NCBI GenBank assembly: GCA_964576205.1
Contig: CAZNUL010000011.1
Span: 756-64,755, forward strand
DNA from: an uncultured Fimbriimonadaceae bacterium
GTDB taxonomy: Bacteria; Armatimonadota; Fimbriimonadia; Fimbriimonadales; Fimbriimonadaceae
Direction of reading: 5' to 3'
DNA length: 64,000 nucleotides
A model generated the notes under the pieces. It saw only the letters and a program-made list of their open reading frames with translations. It did no database searches and was not told the origin of the DNA. Positions 45,566 through 54,392 of this stretch are shown piece after piece. Every line of letters starts with the position of its first letter. The stretch's first letter is position 1. A program made the translations under genes and the position numbers.

Positions 45566-46324
45566 CTAGGACTGTTCCGGAGCAGGAGTCCTTGCGAACT
45601 GGCGGTCCTTGACCTGCTTCTGATGCGCGGGCTTAACGTGCCCGTCGGCAAACACGAAGATGGCGAGACCTGTGGAGTTAACCTCGCGCTTTTTGGGATC
45701 GACCGTTTTGAATCCCATGTGGCGGAAATCGACGGAGGGGTTGCCGAACCAGACGCTCGGAGGATCGATGAATCCGAACCGGTAGGTTTGGCCGTCGCCC
45801 CGAGGCAGCCACTTGGCATAGTAGAACGAACTCGTCCCGAATTCGACCGTGCTGGAGGTATCGGTTAGGACGGATTGTGGCGCGGGGTTCATCGCATTCG
45901 AGCCGTCCGAAATGCGGTTAGGCTCGTAGAAATCGCTTCCGAGATAGCCCCAGTTGTATCCGTATCCACTCTCGTCGCCTTGCCAAGGCAGGGCGTTCAA
46001 AGCCCAATCGCGCTGAATCTTGCCCTTGATATAGGGTTTGAGCAGGCTCGTGTCGGGATCGACATTCCGGTCCCGCCCCACGATGCCAAACCAGTTTTGG
46101 CGTTGGCCGGCGTCGTTCATGTAGTAAGCGACGGGAAAAGTCTCGTCGACATCCATCATGTACATCGTGGTCGCGGTGCCTACCTTGGCGAGTGAGTCGC
46201 CGGCGACCCACTGCTGCGCGTAGGCTTTTACCTGCACGAAAATAGGCATCAGGACGGCGTACAAGATCGCCAGAATAGCGACCACCGTCATCAGCTCGAC
46301 CAGAGTAAATGCTCTCCGCCGCAT
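45566..46324 (-). CDS. Prepilin-type N-terminal cleavage/methylation domain protein (DUF1559-like)
   Basis: MRRRAFTLVELMTVVAILAILYAVLMPIF. Confidence 0.8.
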   Translation of the reverse strand: MRRRAFTLVELMTVVAILAILYAVLMPIFVQVKAYAQQWVAGDSLAKVGTATTMYMMDVDETFPVAYYMNDAGQRQNWFGIVGRDRNVDPDTSLLKPYIKGKIQRDWALNALPWQGDESGYGYNWGYLGSDFYEPNRISDGSNAMNPAPQSVLTDTSSTVEFGTSSFYYAKWLPRGDGQTYRFGFIDPPSVWFGNPSVDFRHMGFKTVDPKKREVNSTGLAIFVFADGHVKPAHQKQVKDRQFARTPAPEQS

Positions 46325-46468
46325 GGCTCCCTTCTAAGATCGGCCCCGTAACCCGGCTGCTTTACCTAAATCATATTCCACTAAACCGCAATCTTTCGAA
46401 GCCCTCGTATTAAGATGACGGCCGCAGAGAAGAGTTCGTATGCTCCTACTCGCGGGGCAACGTGACGA

Positions 46469-47302
46469 CTATTTGAGGTGAGCTTTGAAGAAGTCAAGCG
46501 TTTCGGAATGGGCGATCGCGGCAGCTTCTTTGTCGTACTTCGGGTTGCTCGGGTTTGCGAAGGCGTGAACCGCATCGAACGAGTGCGTCTTCAGAGGCTT
46601 GCCCGCCTTCTTCATCGCTGCCTCGAAATCGGCGACTACCTTGCCGTTGATGAAGCCGTCCTGCGTGCCCCAAAACATCAGTACCGGCGCCTTCAACCTG
46701 GCCAGGTCCTCGGTCTTGGTGGAGGGCATCCCGTAATAAATCACGCAGGCCTGGACTTTTCCTCCTCCCGCAATTGCCGCGCGGTCGCTCCAACCGCCAC
46801 CGAAGCACCAGCCGATCGTGCCGATGGATTTCGCATGATCGAGCGGTCCGGATTTGAGCGCGGAAAGTGCCCCGTTGACGAGCGCATCGCCCCTGGGTTG
46901 GTCCATACCTTGCATCAGCTTCCCCGCCGTCTGAGGATCGGCGGTCACCCGGCCGTCGTAAAGATCGACGGCTAGAACCGCGGCGCCCAACTCCGCGTGA
47001 AGTCGTTCCGCTTCTTCCTTGATGTTGTCGTTCAGGCCCCACCACTCGTGAAACATCAGGATCGCGTTCGTATTTCCCTTGTTTCCGGGCACGAAGTAGC
47101 CATGGCCCGGCCGGCCGTCCATCGAGCGAAACTCGACCATTTTCCCGTCCTTCGCCCGAAACCGGATTGGGGCCGGCGGAAGATGTGCGGCGACAAAATG
47201 CGGATCGCTTACGAACTGCGCCATCCCAGATTCGGAAGACTGCGCGCAACACGAGGGCTTCTGCCCGGCAGCGAGAACGAGGGTGATCAGAGGCAACAGC
47301 AT
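46469..47302 (-). CDS. Dienelactone hydrolase family protein (secreted)
   Basis: AILMFHEWWGLNDNIK...AVDLYDG and GTIGWCFGG (nucleophile Cys) follow the DLH pattern. Confidence 0.75.
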   Translation of the reverse strand: MLLPLITLVLAAGQKPSCCAQSSESGMAQFVSDPHFVAAHLPPAPIRFRAKDGKMVEFRSMDGRPGHGYFVPGNKGNTNAILMFHEWWGLNDNIKEEAERLHAELGAAVLAVDLYDGRVTADPQTAGKLMQGMDQPRGDALVNGALSALKSGPLDHAKSIGTIGWCFGGGWSDRAAIAGGGKVQACVIYYGMPSTKTEDLARLKAPVLMFWGTQDGFINGKVVADFEAAMKKAGKPLKTHSFDAVHAFANPSNPKYDKEAAAIAHSETLDFFKAHLK

Positions 47303-47426
47303 ATTTGGATTCTACAGCGACTCATCGCTCGCGGTTTCCCAGTGGCCTTCTACGGGAAACCTGGCACCTTTACAGGCACGCTTCCCCGTTATCGAACGAG
47401 GATGGCAAACCGACAATTTCCTCGTA

Positions 47427-48443
47427 ATGGCGCGAGGATTGAAGGATTTCTTACGGTTTGGCGTACCTCAGATCGTGTTCGTAGCCGCCCTGGTGATCAT
47501 CGGCTGCGGCGGCGGGGGCGGGGGCGGCGGAACAACCGGAGGCACGTCGACGGGCTCGTCGACCGGCGGAACATCCACGGGTGGAACGTCAACCGGCGGG
47601 ACTTCGACGGGCGGTACATCGACCGGGGGGTCGGGAGGCAGCGGCCCCGGCTATATGCTCTTTACGTCGAATCTGAGCGGAAGCCAGGGAATCTACAAGA
47701 TGCCCATCGCCGGCGGGACCGAGAATCCGATTGGTACGGGCTCGCAGAGTCCCGAGACGGTCATCATGAACCGGGCCGGCGATACCGTCGTGTTCACCGC
47801 CATTACCTATACGGTCGAGCTCTACCAGATGAGCATTACCGGCGCGGGAATGACCCTTATCAGCGATTCCTCCAGCGATGCGATGTGGCCGTGCTTCAGC
47901 CCAGACGGGGCCCACATCCTGTTCACGGGAGACGCGACCGGCGTCCCCCAGCTTTATGTGATGCCGGCCGGGGGAGGGACCCCCGTTCAGCTCACGCACC
48001 TCGCCAACGGCGCCACCCAGGGCCGGTATAGCCCGGACGGCACCAAAATCGTGTTCGTCTCCGGGGCGAGCACCGACGACGTCTTCATCATGAACTCGGG
48101 CGGCAGCGGCATCACTCAGCTAACCAGCGGAGGCGTCGACAACAACCAGCCCTGCTTCAGCCCAGACGGTACGAAGATCGTCTATGTGAAAGACATGGGT
48201 GGAAGCGGCGGAGTCAACGGCCAGCTTTGGGAGATGAGCGTCAACGGGAGCGGTGGATTCCAAGTGACGACGACGCTTCAGGACGATCAGGAGCCCTCGT
48301 ACACCCCGGACGGCACGTTCATCATGTTTACGCGAGCCATCGGCTCTGGCCGCGAGATCTACAAGGTGGCCCCGGGCGGCGGAGCGGGAACGGCCGTCAC
48401 TAATGACGGCGCGACTGCGGCTTCGCCTGCTACGGGATGGTGA
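47427..48443 (+). CDS. Lipoprotein with TolB-like (PD40) beta-propeller repeats
   Basis: Lipobox IIGC and a (GGTST)n linker. Repeated FSPDGxxI(L/V)F and YSPDGTKIVF motifs follow. Start moved to ATG 47427. Confidence 0.75.
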   Translation: MARGLKDFLRFGVPQIVFVAALVIIGCGGGGGGGGTTGGTSTGSSTGGTSTGGTSTGGTSTGGTSTGGSGGSGPGYMLFTSNLSGSQGIYKMPIAGGTENPIGTGSQSPETVIMNRAGDTVVFTAITYTVELYQMSITGAGMTLISDSSSDAMWPCFSPDGAHILFTGDATGVPQLYVMPAGGGTPVQLTHLANGATQGRYSPDGTKIVFVSGASTDDVFIMNSGGSGITQLTSGGVDNNQPCFSPDGTKIVYVKDMGGSGGVNGQLWEMSVNGSGGFQVTTTLQDDQEPSYTPDGTFIMFTRAIGSGREIYKVAPGGGAGTAVTNDGATAASPATGW

Positions 48444-48462
48444 CCTAGCTCGGCCGGGCGAC

Positions 48463-48912
48463 CTACGGCAGGTACGCGCTAAGCTGCTCGACGTGATACA
48501 TGTCGTGGCCCAGGAGCATGCCTACCAGGTCCTCGACGGACTGAATTCCGCGCTCGGGATGCTTGACGGTTTGCTTCAAGAGCTCTGGGGCGAGTCCCAT
48601 CACATACTGGGTAGTTTTCCTCCGCTCCTCGACGAATAGCTGTGCCTGCTCGCGGATGTCAGTCTTGGCGTAGGCGTGATCGATCGCCATCTGGCCCTCG
48701 TCGTAAGAGGCAATCGTCGAACCCGGTGATTCCACGGCCGTACGAACCCGGTCGCGCATGATCGGCTCCCAGTCTGCGAGGTGGGCGACAACCTCGCGGG
48801 GCGTGAACCTGCCTTCCTCGGCATGATCGATTCTGGATTCGGGAATCTGGCCCACCAGCCGCTGAATGACAAGCGGGCCGAAATTGAGGCAGGGCAGCAG
48901 ATACGCGTGCAT
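48463..48912 (-). CDS. DinB-family protein
   Basis: About 150 aa of four-helix-bundle type, with His residues in HLADWEP and HDMYHVEQL. Confidence 0.6.
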   Translation of the reverse strand: MHAYLLPCLNFGPLVIQRLVGQIPESRIDHAEEGRFTPREVVAHLADWEPIMRDRVRTAVESPGSTIASYDEGQMAIDHAYAKTDIREQAQLFVEERRKTTQYVMGLAPELLKQTVKHPERGIQSVEDLVGMLLGHDMYHVEQLSAYLP

Positions 48913-49259
48913 CCCGGGAGACTACCATTCCCGGATTCCAGGTGAAATTGCCATCCCTGCCGCCAATAGAAGCATCCGTTCCCGAGCCGGCCCCACTGCT
49001 AGTCGTGTGTATCGGTTCGCTGGCCCTCGCCTTCCGAAGACGCATCTGAGTAAGGGCGCTTTCGGATTCGATCCAGAGCCGGCCCGAGGCAGGCAGAGCC
49101 GGAGCGCGGCTGGGGCGTTCGATCTGGAGCCTGCCACAAGGTAGGATTCGTCGTAGAAGGAAGTAGCCGTTGCGCCAAATCTGGAGCCGCTAAAGAGGTC
49201 CTGTGCACTCCTTAAACGCTCGAGGCTTAGCGCTCAACGCTCTTGAAGGAGGAGAATCT

Positions 49260-49898
49260 ATGGAACCCAAGCTCGTACGCGTTCCCGACGCCGGGGACAT
49301 CGCCAAAGTGATCGAAAACACGCCGCGTGTCGGCATAAGCGCGAAAACCCACGAGGAGCATCTGAAGCTCTGGCAGGGCTATGCGAACAAGACGAACGAG
49401 ATTCGAAAAGCTCTCGCCGATCTCGACACCGATCCGGCGAAGGCGAACCAGATCTACAGTCAGGTTCGGGCGCTCAAGGCCAACTACGCTTTCGCCTTGG
49501 GTGGCTACAAGAACCACAACGTCTACTTCGAAACTCTCGGTGGAAATGGCGGGCCGGCGACCGGCGGGGTCGCCTCGCTCATCAACGACGCCTACGGCTC
49601 GTTTGAGGCTTGGGCCGCGGATTGGAAAGCCACCGGAATCGGTGGCCGGGGCTGGGTCTACTTAGGCTTCGACCATGAGGAGGGCCGGGTCTTCAACTAT
49701 CTCGGCGACAGCCAGGACACGTTCCCTCAGTGGGGCAACAGCCTGATCCTGGCGATGGACGTTTATGAGCATGCCTACTATCTGGATTTCCAGACCGCCC
49801 GGGCGAAGTACATCGACGCCTACATGCAGGCGATCGACTGGGACGCGGTCAATGGACGGCTAGCCAGGGCGAGAGCCGGCGAACTCGTCAATCGTTAG
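49260..49898 (+). CDS. sod: Fe/Mn-family superoxide dismutase
   Basis: C-terminal DVYEHAYYLDF carries the Asp/His ligands. N-terminal His residues lie in THEEH and KNHN. ATG 49260 has a GAAGGAGG RBS. Confidence 0.8.
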   Translation: MEPKLVRVPDAGDIAKVIENTPRVGISAKTHEEHLKLWQGYANKTNEIRKALADLDTDPAKANQIYSQVRALKANYAFALGGYKNHNVYFETLGGNGGPATGGVASLINDAYGSFEAWAADWKATGIGGRGWVYLGFDHEEGRVFNYLGDSQDTFPQWGNSLILAMDVYEHAYYLDFQTARAKYIDAYMQAIDWDAVNGRLARARAGELVNR

Positions 49899-50192
49899 GC
49901 AGACCGAATCGATGCCTCAACAGCCTCCTGGACATACCAGCCCGGTCGGCGCGGGAATCGCTGTTGAGGCTTCGACGAATTCGCATTTCTAGACTTACCA
50001 AGGAATGAGCCTACGCAGACAATGATCCGCAGGTAGTAGCTTCGGCTTAGGCACAAGCACCCGTTGTCAGCAAGTGGTCTAGTCATAGCGCGAAGCGCTT
50101 GTAGCCGTCGCCGCAGCGACGTGCGGCGAAGCCGCCCTCGGAGTGTGGAAGCGTAGCCTCCGCCTTTGGTGGCCTCGGCGTGGACCTCGCTC

Positions 50193-50903
50193 CTACTCAT
50201 TATCCAACGTTACAGTCACGATAACGTCGCTTGCCTTCTGGTCTACTACCGTGCGGCCCGCCTTGCGCGGCTGCAATTGCTTCCCTGAGTTCGCATCACC
50301 TTCCTCGATAGCCCACCAGGACCCTTTCGCGAAAACCGCCAGAAGAACGCCGCCTCGAATGAGAAGCCTTGTCGCCTCACCGCTTGGTCGGTGCATCGTC
50401 ACCAACGGAGGACTCTTCGCCGAGCCCACACGGAAGGTGCCCGTGAGCGTCCCGTCGCCGTTAATCCTCGTGGCCATCGTAAGATCAAGCCCGCATGTAC
50501 CGTCCCTCAGAGACCACTCTGCGTTGTTGGAGGCCTCGCTTCGAGTCGTCGATTCATAGCTGTCGGCCGGGCTTTGAACGAGAACCTTGATCGCGACCTT
50601 GCGAGGTGCTACATCAAATTCGGCGAGTAGTCTTTTTGTCTCCTCGATGGCGTTTGTTGAGCCCTCGACGACGATGCATTTGGCATCATCATCGGCCAAA
50701 ATCTCGGTGACGCCGTTGGGAATCAGTCCTTGCTGGGCGGGCACTTGTCCGAAGGTGGAGGGCTCTGGATTCCACATTCCCGGCACTGTTCTGCCGCGCA
50801 GCACAGTGAGCACCTTGGATGGTCGCACGTGGTGTAGGACGATGCAGTCGGCTATTGCCCCAACGGAAGCAATTAACAGAAATGAACCCGCAATCGCACG
50901 CAT
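50193..50903 (-). CDS. Hypothetical secreted protein with a secretin-N (NolW-like) type segment
   Basis: Signal peptide. EILADDDAKCIVVEGSTNAIEETKRLLAEFDVAPRKVAIKVLV resembles the N-domain repeat of secretins. No secretin C-domain is present. Confidence 0.35.
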   Translation of the reverse strand: MRAIAGSFLLIASVGAIADCIVLHHVRPSKVLTVLRGRTVPGMWNPEPSTFGQVPAQQGLIPNGVTEILADDDAKCIVVEGSTNAIEETKRLLAEFDVAPRKVAIKVLVQSPADSYESTTRSEASNNAEWSLRDGTCGLDLTMATRINGDGTLTGTFRVGSAKSPPLVTMHRPSGEATRLLIRGGVLLAVFAKGSWWAIEEGDANSGKQLQPRKAGRTVVDQKASDVIVTVTLDNE

Positions 50904-50963
50904 ATCGCAACGACGCGGCCTATGCTTGATCGGTTCGCCGGCTTCGGTCCACGGATTACCGTT

Positions 50964-50991
50964 TACCGATTATCGCTTACTCACTCAATAG
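50964..50991. repeat. Degenerate tandem heptamer array, unit GNTTAYC (4 units)
   Basis: GATTACC GTTTACC GATTATC GCTTACT, spanning the glpX stop codon region. Confidence 0.6.
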
Positions 50992-51983
50992 CCGTAGCTC
51001 GACGCGTGCCGGTGGGTCGTCTCGATTCGCCTAACGGTACCGGTTGCGGAGCGCATGATCACTGACTCGGTCAGAGCGTAGCCGCGATGATAGCGGACTC
51101 CCTTGAGCAGATCGCCGGAAGTAATTCCGGTCGCCGAGAACATGACGCTGCCCCGAGCGAGGTCGTCGGTCTTGAAGACTCGGTCTACGTCGCCGTCCAC
51201 CATCCTGCTTGCCCGCTCGCGCTGCTCGTCGGTCGTGAAGACGAGTCGCGCCTGCATCTCTCCGCCCATGCATTGCACAGCGGCCGCGGTGATGACGCCT
51301 TCCGGGGCGCCGCCGATCCCCATCAAAGCGTCGACGCCGGCGTCGGGATCAAGCGCGGCGATCGCCACCGAAAGGTCGCCGTCGGGAATCAAATGGACCC
51401 GCGCGCCTGCCTCCCGAAGCTCCGCTATCAGGGCATCGTGTCGGGGCCGCTCGAGGATACCGACGATCAGCTCATCGACGTCTTTGCCCATCGCCTTTCC
51501 CATCAGCCGGATGTTGACTCTTGCGGGCAGGGTGATATCGACGACCCCGACGCACTCCGGACCGACTACGAGCTTGTCCATGTAGCAATCAGGCGCATGC
51601 ATGAGGAACCCCTCGCCTTCGATGGCCGCGGCTAGGACCGAGATCGCGTTCGGCGTGCCATTGGCGCAAAGATTCGTTCCTTCCAGCGGGTCGACCGCGA
51701 TCTGGATCCGCGGGCCCTCACCCGTCCCCAGCTTCTCGCCGATATAGAGCATCGGCGCTTCGTCGCGCTCGCCCTCGCCGATGCAGATCTCGCCGCACAT
51801 GTCGAGCTCGTTAAGAGTGCGGCGCATTCCTTCGCATGCGGCCTGATCCGCCTCGTGGCGCTTGCCTTTCCCGACCCAGCGCGCCGAGGACAGGGCGGCC
51901 GCTTCAGTGACCCCCAAGAAATCGAGGTGCTGAAACGGAGCCTTCGTCATCGTCCCTGGCTTGTCGAGCGCCGGCAATTTCAT
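50985..51983 (-). CDS. glpX: Fructose-1,6-bisphosphatase class II
   Basis: VTEAAALSSARWVGKG... and GEGERDEAPMLYIGEKLG match GlpX. Start chosen at MKLPALD because GGAAGGAAAG lies just upstream; 52001 and 51950 are alternatives. Confidence 0.85.
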   Translation of the reverse strand: MKLPALDKPGTMTKAPFQHLDFLGVTEAAALSSARWVGKGKRHEADQAACEGMRRTLNELDMCGEICIGEGERDEAPMLYIGEKLGTGEGPRIQIAVDPLEGTNLCANGTPNAISVLAAAIEGEGFLMHAPDCYMDKLVVGPECVGVVDITLPARVNIRLMGKAMGKDVDELIVGILERPRHDALIAELREAGARVHLIPDGDLSVAIAALDPDAGVDALMGIGGAPEGVITAAAVQCMGGEMQARLVFTTDEQRERASRMVDGDVDRVFKTDDLARGSVMFSATGITSGDLLKGVRYHRGYALTESVIMRSATGTVRRIETTHRHASSYGY

Positions 51984-52142
51984 CTTTCCTTCCCTGGGCA
52001 TAAGACCACTTTACTCGCACCCTTGTTTGTCGGGTTTTTTGGGTCGGTTCGACAGGTTATTGGACCGTTTCAGGGCGCCGGAGGTCTTTGTCCCGTTCGC
52101 AGACCACACTCACAGACATGCCGCGCCAGGTTCGCCTCTGCT

Positions 52143-53102
52143 ATGCTCAATCGCGGCATGTCCCGGACACGAGCTTTGCAGGCTTTTCAGCGGTATCAGG
52201 GGCTGATCGGGCTGGCGATCCTTTTCATCGTCGCCTTCTTTCTGGCGAGGCAGGAGTTCTTCTCGTCGGAGAACGCGATCAACATCTTGAAGCAGCTCGC
52301 CGTCCCGGGAACATTGGCGATTGGGATGACCTTTGTGATCCTCACCGGCGGCATCGATCTCAGCGTCGGGTCCCTTCTCGCTCTCGGCAACGTGATTCTG
52401 GCCGAGTGGGCTCAAAGCGGGACCGGCTTCGTCTACTCGATTGCCTATGCGATCGCCTTGAGCGCCGCAATCGGCGCCCTCGTCGGCTGGCTCATCGGGG
52501 CGACCAAACTCCAGCCATTCATCGTCACGTTGGCTGCGATGGTGACTCTGCGCGGAGTTTGCTATCTGTACACAGATAACAAGATCGTCTCGATAACGGA
52601 CGACCGATTCGCCTTCCTTCAGGATCCGCATCTCGGATTGCCAATCTCGGCGTGGATACTGCTGGTCGTGACCCTTCTCGGATGGGCCCTGCTGCGCTTC
52701 ACCATATTCGGCCGCGGGGTCTATGCCCTTGGCGGGAACGCGATCGCGGCAAAGGTCTCGGGAGTCCGAACGAACCGGGTGCGGATGGCCGCGTTCGCCA
52801 TCAACGGGCTGTGCGTTGGGATCGCCGCGATCCTGTTCACGGCACGGACGAATACTGGGCAGCCGAGCAGCGGGAACGGCTACGAACTGGACGCGATCGC
52901 CGCCGTCGTGGTGGGCGGTTCATCCTTGGTCGGAGGCATTGGAAACATTTTCGGAACCTTTGTTGGCGCTTTGTTTATGGGTTGCGTCAATACGCTGCTC
53001 CAACTCAAGGGCGTCGACCCCTTCGTCGGGATGGGGTGGAAAGGCCTTATTATCCTGCTTGCCGTCTACCTACAGAACATTGGGCGATCGACTTCGGCCT
53101 AG
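52143..53102 (+). CDS. Ribose/monosaccharide-type ABC permease (RbsC-like), orphan
   Basis: Multi-TM protein with FVILTGGIDLSVGS and AVVVGGSSLVGG, typical of the RbsC/AraH family. There is no adjacent ATPase or binding-protein gene. Start may be 52143 or 52158. Confidence 0.7.
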   Translation: MLNRGMSRTRALQAFQRYQGLIGLAILFIVAFFLARQEFFSSENAINILKQLAVPGTLAIGMTFVILTGGIDLSVGSLLALGNVILAEWAQSGTGFVYSIAYAIALSAAIGALVGWLIGATKLQPFIVTLAAMVTLRGVCYLYTDNKIVSITDDRFAFLQDPHLGLPISAWILLVVTLLGWALLRFTIFGRGVYALGGNAIAAKVSGVRTNRVRMAAFAINGLCVGIAAILFTARTNTGQPSSGNGYELDAIAAVVVGGSSLVGGIGNIFGTFVGALFMGCVNTLLQLKGVDPFVGMGWKGLIILLAVYLQNIGRSTSA

Positions 53103-53386
53103 CAATCCAAGAGCGGCGGCAGAGCGAGCGATTCGTTGACCACGCCCACGTACCAATGCCCATCTTCCTTGATCGGAGTCTCGTGCCAGTCATAGAGGTA
53201 CCCGGAGACGAGGTCCGCCTTGGGTAGCTTAGAGTCGAGCCGATACCTCGGGAGCCAGACTTCCGAGAGCACGGGATAAAAGTCCGACGGCATCGGTGGC
53301 TGCATCAGCGTGTAGTCGTCCGAGACGTCCACGACGATGATCTTCACCAGGTTCAATTTCCAAAGGCATCCTGCCAATTGAGCCAT
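53099..53386 (-). CDS. Hypothetical 95-aa protein downstream of motB
   Basis: ORF only, with no motif recognised. It starts 52 nt after the motB stop on the same strand, and its stop overlaps the permease stop by 4 nt. Confidence 0.3.
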   Translation of the reverse strand: MAQLAGCLWKLNLVKIIVVDVSDDYTLMQPPMPSDFYPVLSEVWLPRYRLDSKLPKADLVSGYLYDWHETPIKEDGHWYVGVVNESLALPPLLDC

Positions 53387-53438
53387 GAAGTTCCTCGCCC
53401 TTCAGGACGAGGAGACCGGTGGATTTGGAGCGATTTCC

Positions 53439-54317
53439 TTAGGGATGTGCGATGTTCAGGGTCGGGGGCTTGACCTGGACACCAGGTACGACCGTTTGGC
53501 TCATCTGTCGACGGACGTCGTCTTTGGGCTTGGTAATCGTTGCCGTCAGGGGAGCCTCGTACGGCAGCAAGATCGTGACTCGACGATTGACGCCACTCGT
53601 CGGATGAGCCGGGTCTTTGAGCATCGTGTCGCCCTTGCCGGCCATGTCGGTGACCCGGTTGTAGTTGACGCCGGCATCACCCAGTGCCGCTCCCAGCGAG
53701 CGGGCGCGCTCCGTGCTGAGCTTCAGATTCCCCCACGGATCGCCTCCAAAGGGCACGGTGTCGGTATGGCCCTCAATGCTCATTTTTCGGCCGGACGCCG
53801 CCAGTTTGGCGCCGACGAACTTGATCACTTTGAGCGCCTTTGGCTTGATGACGGCGCTTCCGGTTTCGAAGAAGAAGTTCCGATCCTCCATGAACTCGAT
53901 GCGGAGTCCCTGATCGGTGACCTCGATCTTCACGTTCTGGATAGCCAGCTTCAACGTCGGGTCCGAGGACATCTGCTTCAGCATGCGATCGCCCAATTCT
54001 CTCAGGGTTTTGTGATCGTCCTCAAATGGCATGTTCGACTTCAGGGTGCCGGATGCCCCGGAGCCCGGCTTGTGCGACATGATCGTCTTCGGAGCGATCA
54101 CCAGCTTGCTGCGGGATGGGCTTTTGAACCCCATCGGGTCGTTGAAATATCCTTGAATCTGGGCTCGCGTGTCGTCCGATAAACCCATGATCCACATGAC
54201 CATGAAGAACGCCATCATCGCGGTAACGAAGTCGGCATAGGCGACCTTCCACGAACCGCCGTGATGGGCGTGGCCGTGCGCCTTTTTCTTCTTGATGATG
54301 ATCGGGGTCGCGTCCAT
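53439..54317 (-). CDS. motB: Flagellar stator protein MotB (OmpA-like C-terminus)
   Basis: HGGSWKVAYADFVTAMMAFFMVMW TM/plug region with the conserved Asp. The C-terminal peptidoglycan-binding part contains NRRV. Confidence 0.85.
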   Translation of the reverse strand: MDATPIIIKKKKAHGHAHHGGSWKVAYADFVTAMMAFFMVMWIMGLSDDTRAQIQGYFNDPMGFKSPSRSKLVIAPKTIMSHKPGSGASGTLKSNMPFEDDHKTLRELGDRMLKQMSSDPTLKLAIQNVKIEVTDQGLRIEFMEDRNFFFETGSAVIKPKALKVIKFVGAKLAASGRKMSIEGHTDTVPFGGDPWGNLKLSTERARSLGAALGDAGVNYNRVTDMAGKGDTMLKDPAHPTSGVNRRVTILLPYEAPLTATITKPKDDVRRQMSQTVVPGVQVKPPTLNIAHP

Positions 54318-54322
54318 GAGAT

Positions 54323-54357
54323 CAGGGTGCAGGGTGCCGCCTGCAGGGTGTCGGGCA
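54323..54357. repeat. Tandem heptamer array, unit CAGGGTG (3 perfect of 5 units)
   Basis: CAGGGTG CAGGGTG CCGCCTG CAGGGTG TCGGGCA in the motA-motB spacer. On the sense strand it ends 5 nt before the motB ATG. Confidence 0.8.
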
Positions 54358-54392
54358 CGATGGCTACGAGCTACTAGGCCCGCGCGATGCGC

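Noticed and set aside
47520-47640. 15-nt periodic DNA repeat in the TolB-like lipoprotein gene.
   Set aside because: It encodes a (GGTST)n flexible linker after the lipobox. Its period is a multiple of 3 with synonymous variation, so it is a coding low-complexity repeat and not part of the heptamer/octamer family.
49895-50200. 101-aa ORF on the minus strand in the sod downstream spacer.
   Set aside because: There is no RBS and the translation is Arg/Ser-rich with no motif. The region is better described as a structured non-coding spacer.
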